NCBI GenBank assembly: GCA_016462645.1
Contig: JAEMSX010000001.1
Location: 1,999 to 65,998, forward strand
Length of the DNA: 64,000 nucleotides
Direction of reading: 5' to 3'
DNA from: Thermoleophilaceae bacterium
GTDB taxonomy: Bacteria; Actinomycetota; Thermoleophilia; Solirubrobacterales; JACPNS01
This document shows positions 41,030 to 48,451 of this stretch, piece after piece. The position numbers and the translations under genes are program-made. The stretch's first letter is position 1. The number at the start of each line of letters is the position of its first letter. The notes beneath the pieces were generated by a model. The model worked only from the letters and a program-made list of their open reading frames with translations. It did not search any database and was not told the DNA's origin.

Positions 41030-41731
41030 ATGTCTCGCAACACTTTTCGCCGTCCTTCGGCGACCATGATGATTGCCGTACTTGCGCTTGTTGTCGCGGT
41101 CTCCGGCGGCGGTCAGGCCATCGCCGACACCACCGTCAGCATCGCCAAGCAGATCAGCGGCAGCTCGATCAAGAAGGGGTCGATCACCGCAAAGCAGATC
41201 AAGTCCGGAACGATCACGGCAAAACAGGTCAAGAGCAACACCCTCACCGGCAAGCAGATCAACGAGGGCACGCTCGGCACGGTGCCGTCGGCAGGCACGG
41301 CCGGCAGCGCAGGTTCCGCAGCGATCGCTGACACCGTCGGCGGCACGTACGTCCGTACGATCCACTTCAAGGGCGACACGAACTCCGGAAAGACGACAGT
41401 CTTCGAGCACGGCGGTTACCGCGTGCAGGCTGAGTGCGACGGTGCGACCAAGCCGCAGCTGACGGTCACGAACGTGTCGGCCGGCCCATCTGAGCTGATC
41501 AACTGGCGCTCGTTCGTGTCGGACAACCCGGTCGCCGACACCACGTTCGCCTTCAACCAAGGAGTTCAGGTCGCCGTGCTCGACCCGGCCAAGCCGCACG
41601 GCGCAGCGACAGTGAACGCCGCAGGCAGCGGTGGGGCAGTCCTGAGCGGCCAGGTCCTGTACGACAACAGCACGAGCTTCGGTGGCACCTTCAGCGGCTG
41701 CTTCATCGCGGGCACGTTCTCCGCAACCTGA
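41030..41731 (+). CDS. secreted/anchored hypothetical protein with N-terminal decapeptide repeats
   Basis: Internal ATG at 41030 with GGAAGGAAG upstream, 233 aa. Signal/anchor ..MMIAVLALVVAVSGGGQAIA. Then ISGSSIKKGS-ITAKQIKSGT-ITAKQVKSNT-LTGKQINEGT, followed by a beta-rich domain. Confidence 0.6.
   Translation: MSRNTFRRPSATMMIAVLALVVAVSGGGQAIADTTVSIAKQISGSSIKKGSITAKQIKSGTITAKQVKSNTLTGKQINEGTLGTVPSAGTAGSAGSAAIADTVGGTYVRTIHFKGDTNSGKTTVFEHGGYRVQAECDGATKPQLTVTNVSAGPSELINWRSFVSDNPVADTTFAFNQGVQVAVLDPAKPHGAATVNAAGSGGAVLSGQVLYDNSTSFGGTFSGCFIAGTFSAT
41153..41272 (+). repeat. four tandem 30-bp coding repeats (decapeptide [IL]T[AG]KQ[IV](K/N)x(G/N)T)
   Basis: atcaccgcaaagcagatcaagtccggaacg / atcacggcaaaacaggtcaagagcaacacc / ctcaccggcaagcagatcaacgagggcacg, preceded by a degenerate copy. 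All are in frame within the 41030-41731 CDS. Confidence 0.7.
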
Positions 41732-41749
41732 GCATCTAGCGTTACGCGG

Positions 41750-42343
41750 GTGAGTCTCGCTCAGCACGAAATCACCCGCGTAGCCGTTCTCGCCTCTGGC
41801 GAGGGCTCAAACCTTCAGGCGATCCTCGACGTCGTGCACAAGAAGCACGGCGTCGAGGTTGTCTGTGTCGTCAGCGACAAACTCGGCGCGAGGGCGCTCG
41901 AACGAGCGACCGAAGCCGGTGTTCCCACCGCGATTTTCCCGGTGGCCGAGTTCGAGGACCGCCGCGCGCGCGACATGGCGATCGCCTCGCATCTGCGCGA
42001 CATGCGGACTGACCTGGTCGTGCTCGCCGGCTACATGGCGATCCTCTCCGAGGAGTTCATCGGCGCCTTCTTCGGTCGGATCATCAACGTCCACCCGTCG
42101 CTGTTGCCCAAATATCCGGGACTGCGCGCGATCGAGCAGGCGATCGAGGCCGGCGAGAACCACACCGGCGTGACCGTGCACTACGTGGACGAAGGCGTTG
42201 ACACCGGCGACGTGATCGCCCAGGAGGTGATCGGAATCGCGCCCGGCGAGACAGCCGAGCAGGTCGCTGAGCGGATTCACGAGATCGAACACCAGTTGCT
42301 GCCTGAAGTGATTGCCCAGATCGCGGCGTCCCGCAACGGGTAA
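41750..42343 (+). CDS. purN: phosphoribosylglycinamide formyltransferase
   Basis: 197 aa with a GTG start. ..VAVLASGEGSNLQAIL.., ..IINVHPSLLPKYPG.., ..TGVTVHYVDEGVDTG... Confidence 0.92.
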   Translation: MSLAQHEITRVAVLASGEGSNLQAILDVVHKKHGVEVVCVVSDKLGARALERATEAGVPTAIFPVAEFEDRRARDMAIASHLRDMRTDLVVLAGYMAILSEEFIGAFFGRIINVHPSLLPKYPGLRAIEQAIEAGENHTGVTVHYVDEGVDTGDVIAQEVIGIAPGETAEQVAERIHEIEHQLLPEVIAQIAASRNG

Positions 42344-42352
42344 TCTGCCCCC

Positions 42353-43948
42353 ATGCCCGAGGAGACGCAGAACCCCACCAACGTTGAAGTGACCCAGCCC
42401 GGCGCCGTGCGCATCCGCACCGCCCTGATCAGCGTTTCCGACAAGCGCGGGATCGTCGATTTCGCCAAGGGCCTGGAAGAGCTCGGAATCCGGATCATCT
42501 CGACCGGCGGTACGAAGAAGGAGCTCGAGGAGAACGGCGTGAAGGTCACCGGCATCTCCGACTACACGGGCTCGCCCGAGATCCTCGGTGGCCGCGTGAA
42601 GACTCTGCACCCGACGGTCCACGCCGGTCTGCTCGGCAAGCTCGACGAAGAGGACCACATCCGGCAGCTCAACGAGAACGGGCTGGGTTCGATCGACCTT
42701 GTCGTGGTCAACCTCTATCCCTTCCAGCGCTACGCGAACCGTCGCGGCGTCACCGACGCCGAAGTGCTCGAGCAGATCGACATCGGCGGACCGACGATGG
42801 TGCGCGCCAGCGCCAAGAACTACAAGTTCACCGGCATCGTCGTCAGCCCCGAGAGCTACGACGCGGTGCTCGACGAGCTCAACGAGGAAGACTGCCTGCT
42901 CGGTCTCGAGACGCGCGAGTCGCTCGCCGTCGACGCCTTCAACTACACCGCCCAGTATGAGGCCGCGATCAGCACCTGGTTCAACGAGCGCTCGGGCAAC
43001 GTGCCGGACCAGTTCGTGCGCGCCTACGAGAAGCAGATCGACCTGCCCTACGGAGAGAACCCCCACCAGCGCGCCGCCTACTACGCAGCGGTCGGCAACC
43101 GCACCGACCTGCTCAGCATGGTCAGCCAGGAGCAGGGCAAGGAACTCTCCTACAACAACCTTCTCGACCTCGACGCCGGTCGCCGCCTGATCGAAGAGTT
43201 CGAGCTGCCCACCTGCGTGATCCTCAAGCACAACAACCCGTGCGGGATCGCGATCAGCGCCACGCTCGAGGACGCCTACCTCAAGGCGCTCCACACCGAC
43301 CCGCTCTCGGCGTTCGGGGGCATCTACATCTACAACCGCGAGGTCGACGGTTCGCTCGCGGCGAAGATGGTCGAGAACTTCGTCGAGCTGGTGTTCGCGC
43401 CGGGCTACACCCCCGAAGCGCTGGAGATCTTCTCCGCCAAAGAGAACCTGCGCGTGCTGGTCAATAACGAGCGCCGCTTCTGGCCCGTCTCAGATCCCGA
43501 CCTGCGCGGCGTGCGCGGCGGACTTCTGCTGCAGGACCGCGACGTCGACATCGATCCACGCGAAGCGATGCAGGTCGTCACCCAGGCCCACCCCACCGAG
43601 AAGCAGTGGGGCGACCTGCTCTTCACGTGGCGCGTCTGCAAGCACGTCAAGAGCAACGCGATCGTGATCGGCAATGATCTCGCCACGCTGGGTATTGGTG
43701 CCGGCCAGATGAGCCGCGTCGACTCAGTCAAGCTTGCGGTCAAGAAGGCACGGGTCGAGCTTGCCGGGGCGGTGCTCGCGGGCGACGCGTTCTTCCCGTT
43801 CGCTGACGGCCCGGAGTACGCGATCAAGGCCGGTGTGACGGCGATCATCCAGCCGGGTGGATCAAAGCGCGACTCCGAAGTCGTGAAGGCCTGCGACGAC
43901 GCGGGCATCGCGATGGTCTTCACCGGCCGTCGTCACTTCCGCCACTAG
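42353..43948 (+). CDS. purH: bifunctional AICAR transformylase / IMP cyclohydrolase
   Basis: 531 aa. ..ALISVSDKRGIVDFA..STGGTKK.., ..VVNLYPF.., ..ILKHNNPCG.., ..IIQPGGSKRD... Confidence 0.97.
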   Translation: MPEETQNPTNVEVTQPGAVRIRTALISVSDKRGIVDFAKGLEELGIRIISTGGTKKELEENGVKVTGISDYTGSPEILGGRVKTLHPTVHAGLLGKLDEEDHIRQLNENGLGSIDLVVVNLYPFQRYANRRGVTDAEVLEQIDIGGPTMVRASAKNYKFTGIVVSPESYDAVLDELNEEDCLLGLETRESLAVDAFNYTAQYEAAISTWFNERSGNVPDQFVRAYEKQIDLPYGENPHQRAAYYAAVGNRTDLLSMVSQEQGKELSYNNLLDLDAGRRLIEEFELPTCVILKHNNPCGIAISATLEDAYLKALHTDPLSAFGGIYIYNREVDGSLAAKMVENFVELVFAPGYTPEALEIFSAKENLRVLVNNERRFWPVSDPDLRGVRGGLLLQDRDVDIDPREAMQVVTQAHPTEKQWGDLLFTWRVCKHVKSNAIVIGNDLATLGIGAGQMSRVDSVKLAVKKARVELAGAVLAGDAFFPFADGPEYAIKAGVTAIIQPGGSKRDSEVVKACDDAGIAMVFTGRRHFRH

Positions 43949-43963
43949 AACCGACCGGCCAGC

Positions 43964-43991
43964 CGCGCCGGCCCCAGATGGGACCGGCGCG
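43964..43991. terminator. bidirectional GC-rich hairpin between convergent purH and amidase genes
   Basis: CGCGCCGGCCCC-AGAT-GGGACCGGCGCG, a 12-bp stem with one mismatch, in the 69-nt convergent gap. Confidence 0.5.
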
Positions 43992-44017
43992 ATCGACCAG
44001 TGCGGAAGTTCGGTGAC

Positions 44018-46942
44018 CTACTTGACGGTCACCGTTGTCGCCTTGGCGCCGAGCGTGTCACCTGTGCCTGTGATCGTCACGGTCGCCTTGACCTTCTTCT
44101 TCTTGGCCAGCAACTTGGCTGAGCTTGCCGGCGGAGTGATCTTCACCGCGACGAGCTTTCCGGGCTTGACCGTCACCGACTTGGCGAAGGTCTTGCCGCC
44201 GACCTTGACTGCGACCTTTCCTGTGCAGGTCTCCTTCTCTGCGGCACACCCGATCAGAACCTTGAACGGGTGCTTCTTGCCACTCGACTTCACGCTCGAC
44301 ACGAGCACCGTCAACGTCTTCGTCGACTTCGGCGTCGTGATCGTCGGGACTGGAGTGACCGGCGTCGGCAGGACCGGCAGCGTCGTCTCTACGGCCGGCG
44401 GGATCGCATCCGAGTCGTACGTGAGCGACGGCGTCGTGCTCAGCGGTTCGACCTGGCCGTTGGCCTGCTTCTCGAAGGCGTAGGCGAAGCCCATCAGTTC
44501 TGCGTCCGAGAACTCCGGTCCTTCGAGCTGGAGGTTGATCGGCTGACCGTGGTCGTTCACCCCGGCGGGGAAGATCACGGTCGGCACGCCGGACGCCGAC
44601 GACTGCGGGTCCAGGCGGCCGAAGCTCGGCTGGATCGAGTCGTTGAGGTGGATGTCGCTCAGCTGACCCGGGAACACCGTTGCGTCAACGCCGTTGTCAT
44701 CCATCCACTGCTTGAGCAGCGCGCGATAGTTGGCCCGGTAGGCCTCGCGACCCACGATCTGCTCGTCCGTTGCCGCGCCCGTGCCGGCGTAGGGCGTGGT
44801 GTTGCGGAACTGCGGGATACGCAGCGGGTTGCGAATGATCTGCGTCACATCCGAGTACGGATTGTTCGGGTGCGCGAGCATCCACTTCCACCAGCCGGTG
44901 TAGCCCATGTCTCCGAATGCGTTGCCTCCGCTGGGAGCGGACGGCGGCGCGGGGATGTCCACGACGGTCGCACCGGCGGCTTCGAAGTGATCCATCGCAG
45001 CCATCATCGCGTCCTTGGTCCCAGTGGTCCCGAACGGGTCGTTGAACGCACCGGCCGGGATCCCGATCGTCTTGCCTACGAGCGCGTCGTCCTTGAGGGT
45101 GGCCGACCAATCCGTCGGGCGGTGTCCGTTGGAGACATCGTCACGGGGATCCTCGGGGTTGTCGGCGGTCGTCGCATCCAGCATCAGCGCCAGGTCCGGG
45201 AGCGTCTTTGCGATCACTCCCGCGTAGTCCTGGATGAACGTCAGCGGCATCACGCCGTCAGCGCTCTGCATTCCGTCGGTTCCGCGCAGCGACACGAGGC
45301 TCGCGGCGCTCGACGGACCCCAGAGGGAATCGCCGGTCTGCGAGCCGAGTGACGCCGCAGCGAAACTCGATGCGACGGCCACGGCCGATCCGCCGCTTGA
45401 CCCGATCGAACTGCGTGACGGGTCGAACGCGTTCCAGACCTGGCCGTAGGCGCTCGGGCTGAAGTGACCGTCGGTCGCGTACTCAGCCAGGTTCGCCTTG
45501 CCGAGGATGATTGCGCCCGCTTCACGCAGCTTCGCGACGATCCACGAGTCCTTGGTCGGCCGGTAGCCGTCGAACACGAGTGATCCGCCGGTCGTCGGCA
45601 TGTCCTTCGTGTCGTAGAGGTCCTTCGCCAGAATCGGAATTCCGAGCAACGGTCGCTTGTCACCAGCGGCGCGCGCGGCGTCGGCCGCCTTGGCCTGCTC
45701 CATCGCGTCCGGGGCGACGGCGAGCACTGAGTGCAGACCGAGCGGGCCCTGGTCGTAGACCGCAATCCGGTCGAGGTAGGCGCGGACGATCTGCCGCACA
45801 TTCGTCTTGCCCTCGGCAAGGTCGGCTTTCAGGTCCGTGATCGACTTCCCGACCACGTCATACGGCGATGTCGTGACCGGCGTCGGCGCGGCGACCGAAC
45901 CGAGCACCGGCGCCGAGAGCGGCTCGCCCTGGGTCAGCGGACAGTTCGCGGAGCTGAACCCCGGGATCGTGAGCGCCGACAGGTTGTAGTTGACAATCGA
46001 GCAGATCTCGCCCGTGGTCAGACCGGAGAAGTCGGGCGTGGTCGCCAGCGCAGCAGCCATCGTCTCGACCGCGGTCGTCTGGGTGTCGATACCCGGAGCG
46101 GCGCCGCCACTCGGAGTCGTGCGCGTTTCAGAAAGTCCGGTGACGACGAAGTGCGTGACCGAACGCGTCTGCTTCGGCGGGATGATCAGGCGCGTCACGA
46201 GTCCGACGTGGTTGGACTCATCGCCAGTCGTCGGCAGCGCGTTCGAGAACGGATCCCGCACGAACGGACCAGTCTTCGTCAAAGCGCTGGCGTAGCCCGC
46301 GGTTCCGACCGTCGTCGCCGATGGACCGTTCGCGCTCGCCGTGCCGGGACCGGCCGACGGCGTGTACGACGAGAACCAACCGTCAGCGCTCGTGATCGTG
46401 GTGTCACCGCTGGACGTGCTCTTGATCGCGCTCTGGTTGGTGCCGGTGTTGTAGCCGAGCTGACCACCGAACGCGACGTCAACCGTGACGGTCGCCTTTG
46501 TCGTGTTCGTGAACGAATCGAAGAACCGCGCCCAGTTGTCGGTCTTGTTGATCAACAGCTGCCTGCTGGCGGCAACTCCGTCGATCTTCACGGCGTTCTG
46601 GCTGAGGAACTGGTTGACGCCGTCGAACTTCAGGCCGAAGCCGCGCAGCAGGATCCCGCTGAGGCGATCACTCCCGCCGGCAACTTCCATGCGGATTCCG
46701 CCGTAGCCCTGGAGTGAGCCTGTGGCTGTGTTGTGGATACTTCCGGTGTCCAGACCCGGAATCGCCGCATCATTCACGGCCCAGTAGTCGCTGTTGGTGT
46801 TGGTGACCTGGTTCCAGGCGCCGGCCGTGGAGGCCAGCATGGTGAGGGCGAAGATCGTCAGGGCGAGAACCTGAATCGTGCGCACGAAACGGCGCAGTTT
46901 CAGGGGTCGCCGAGACGACCCTCGAGGTACGAGAGCGTTCAT
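44018..46942 (-). CDS. large secreted amidase-signature (AS) family amidase with unknown N-terminal domain and Lys-rich C-terminal domain
   Basis: 974 aa. Signal/anchor ..IQVLALTIFALTMLASTAGA. AS core ..LGIPILAKD..TTGGS.. and ..SSIGSSGGSAVAVASSFAAASLGSQTGDS... The ~340 aa preceding the AS domain have no motif I recognise. The last 106 aa are a Lys-rich beta-strand-like tail. Confidence 0.8.
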   Translation of the reverse strand: MNALVPRGSSRRPLKLRRFVRTIQVLALTIFALTMLASTAGAWNQVTNTNSDYWAVNDAAIPGLDTGSIHNTATGSLQGYGGIRMEVAGGSDRLSGILLRGFGLKFDGVNQFLSQNAVKIDGVAASRQLLINKTDNWARFFDSFTNTTKATVTVDVAFGGQLGYNTGTNQSAIKSTSSGDTTITSADGWFSSYTPSAGPGTASANGPSATTVGTAGYASALTKTGPFVRDPFSNALPTTGDESNHVGLVTRLIIPPKQTRSVTHFVVTGLSETRTTPSGGAAPGIDTQTTAVETMAAALATTPDFSGLTTGEICSIVNYNLSALTIPGFSSANCPLTQGEPLSAPVLGSVAAPTPVTTSPYDVVGKSITDLKADLAEGKTNVRQIVRAYLDRIAVYDQGPLGLHSVLAVAPDAMEQAKAADAARAAGDKRPLLGIPILAKDLYDTKDMPTTGGSLVFDGYRPTKDSWIVAKLREAGAIILGKANLAEYATDGHFSPSAYGQVWNAFDPSRSSIGSSGGSAVAVASSFAAASLGSQTGDSLWGPSSAASLVSLRGTDGMQSADGVMPLTFIQDYAGVIAKTLPDLALMLDATTADNPEDPRDDVSNGHRPTDWSATLKDDALVGKTIGIPAGAFNDPFGTTGTKDAMMAAMDHFEAAGATVVDIPAPPSAPSGGNAFGDMGYTGWWKWMLAHPNNPYSDVTQIIRNPLRIPQFRNTTPYAGTGAATDEQIVGREAYRANYRALLKQWMDDNGVDATVFPGQLSDIHLNDSIQPSFGRLDPQSSASGVPTVIFPAGVNDHGQPINLQLEGPEFSDAELMGFAYAFEKQANGQVEPLSTTPSLTYDSDAIPPAVETTLPVLPTPVTPVPTITTPKSTKTLTVLVSSVKSSGKKHPFKVLIGCAAEKETCTGKVAVKVGGKTFAKSVTVKPGKLVAVKITPPASSAKLLAKKKKVKATVTITGTGDTLGAKATTVTVK

Positions 46943-47019
46943 CAGAACGAGAGCTCCAATTCTGGCGCGCCGGGGCCGTAGGCGCCGACGACGCCATGGG
47001 GGGATTTACTTGGGGTCAG

Positions 47020-47056
47020 GTCCTCGAACTACGAATGAGTGGGGAGGTTCGAGGAC
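47020..47056 (-). terminator. 10-bp perfect hairpin between the sigma-fusion B stop and the amidase start
   Basis: GTCCTCGAAC-N17-GTTCGAGGAC, ~110 nt after the stop at 47168 and ~78 nt before the amidase ATG. No U-tract, so it may be a terminator or a structured leader. Confidence 0.35.
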
Positions 47057-47167
47057 ATCTCGCAAGTTAGATCGGGATCGAACACAAGCGTGCGGCCCGA
47101 TGTATAGGTTCCTAAGCAATCTCCTGTACGCACGACCAACTCAAAATTGGGAGGTGTCCAGAAGGGG

Positions 47168-48451
47168 CTAGGGAACGTCGAACTCCTGGCTCGGATCGGT
47201 ACTCGGTTTCGGTTGAGCCGGTGCCCTGGTCGGAGTCTGCTGCTGCACCTGCGGCGCTGCCTGTGGGACCTGCTGAACCTGCGGGGTGGTCACCGGAACG
47301 GCCGCGTTCGTCGATGCTGATCGCCTTGCTGCTGCAGCGCGTGCGCGTGCGCGGGCTCGAGCTCTCGCGCGGGCTCGCGAGCGAGCCCTTGCGTCACGCC
47401 TGCGCTCCGCCCTGCGCTCGCGGGCAGCACGCGCCTTGCGCCTGGCCTTCGCAGCTGCCGCCTTCTCCTCCGCGCGATCGGCCGCCGAAGTGTCGGCTGT
47501 CTGCGCGGACTTCACGCTGGCATCGTCACCGCCGCCGAACATGCTCAAGGTCGTGACGCCAGCGAGCGCGATCGCCACCACCGCGGCGGCAGTAACGGCG
47601 ATACGCGTGAAGCGTCCGGAAGAACTCGTGCTCGCTCTGCGCGCGGGCCGGCCGCGCAGCGGACTCGGAGCGCGGCGCGCGGCGTTCGGCGGACTCGCAA
47701 TGCCGAGGCTGACGCTGCCCGTGAGCGCGCGCAGGATCGGCGCGCTGGGATTGGTGATCGCGGTCAGCCCACGCGCCTCGATCGCGTGTCGCTGGCAGCC
47801 GACGCACTCGTCCACGTGGCGCGAGGCCGCACGGTATTCGTCTGAGCGCGGGTCGAGGATGCCGAGCGCATACTGGTTCACCAGCGGAAGCAGTTCATCG
47901 CACGGCTCGCCCTCGTCGAATCCCTCGAGCACCGGCTCCAGCGCGGCAAGCACGTCATCCAACGCCTCAACGATCCGGAACCCCCCGACGCCCGCGACCT
48001 CGGCGGCCTCGAAGGCCTTGAAGCCATAGACGCGGCAGAGCGTTATCGCCTGGAGCTCGCGTTGGTTGAGCGTGGTGCGCATCCGTGTGGAGAACTCGCG
48101 TTGGAGCACCTGTTGTTCCGGCGTCGCCTCGATCGGGTCGGCGATGCCGACGGCCTCAAGCACCTCCAGCTCCATGCGCGACGCCGGGTGGAGCACGCGG
48201 TGCTCGTCGATGGCCTGTCGGCAAGTTGAGTCAGTCAGCAGCTGTTCGAGATTGTCGATCTCGCCCTTGGCCCAGAGCCGCGAGAAGACCCCGTGCCACG
48301 CGCGGTTGTAGAACGTGTCCACGTCGCGCGCCGCGAAGTCGATCCCGTCGCTCGCGAGCTGGTTGTATGCGACGCGCGAGACCTCGCTGCGGTGCCTCGC
48401 GTATTCGTCGCCGACGATCACGAAGTCGTGCTGTTCGGTCGCCCCGCTCAC
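47168..48451 (-). CDS. single-chain ECF sigma factor / zf-HC2 anti-sigma membrane protein (copy B)
   Basis: GTG start at 48451 overlaps the upstream gene's TGA (GTGA), 427 aa. Region-2-like ..FYNRAWHGVFSRL..LLTDSTCRQAIDEHR... Region-4-like ..LNQRELQAITLCRVYGFKAFEAAEVAGV... Then ..ASRHVDECVGCQRH.. (H-x3-C-x2-C), hydrophobic segment IAVTAAAVVAIALAGVTTLSMF, an Arg/Ala polybasic block and a Pro/Gln tail. Confidence 0.65.
   Translation of the reverse strand: MSGATEQHDFVIVGDEYARHRSEVSRVAYNQLASDGIDFAARDVDTFYNRAWHGVFSRLWAKGEIDNLEQLLTDSTCRQAIDEHRVLHPASRMELEVLEAVGIADPIEATPEQQVLQREFSTRMRTTLNQRELQAITLCRVYGFKAFEAAEVAGVGGFRIVEALDDVLAALEPVLEGFDEGEPCDELLPLVNQYALGILDPRSDEYRAASRHVDECVGCQRHAIEARGLTAITNPSAPILRALTGSVSLGIASPPNAARRAPSPLRGRPARRASTSSSGRFTRIAVTAAAVVAIALAGVTTLSMFGGGDDASVKSAQTADTSAADRAEEKAAAAKARRKARAARERRAERRRDARARSRARARARARARARAAAARRSASTNAAVPVTTPQVQQVPQAAPQVQQQTPTRAPAQPKPSTDPSQEFDVP

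Noticed and set aside
47047-47110. tRNA-like T-arm string on the minus strand (GTGTTCGATCCC) in the gap upstream of the amidase gene
   Set aside because: The flanking sequence does not form T-stem, anticodon or acceptor pairings. Only a generic ATCGGG/CCCGAT hairpin is present.
47321-47449. GC-rich short-period DNA repetition (gcgcgtgcgcgtgcgcgggctcgag...) that looks at first like a tandem repeat or CRISPR-like array
   Set aside because: It is the in-frame coding sequence of the Arg/Ala low-complexity block of sigma fusion B. There is no repeat-spacer architecture and no cas genes.
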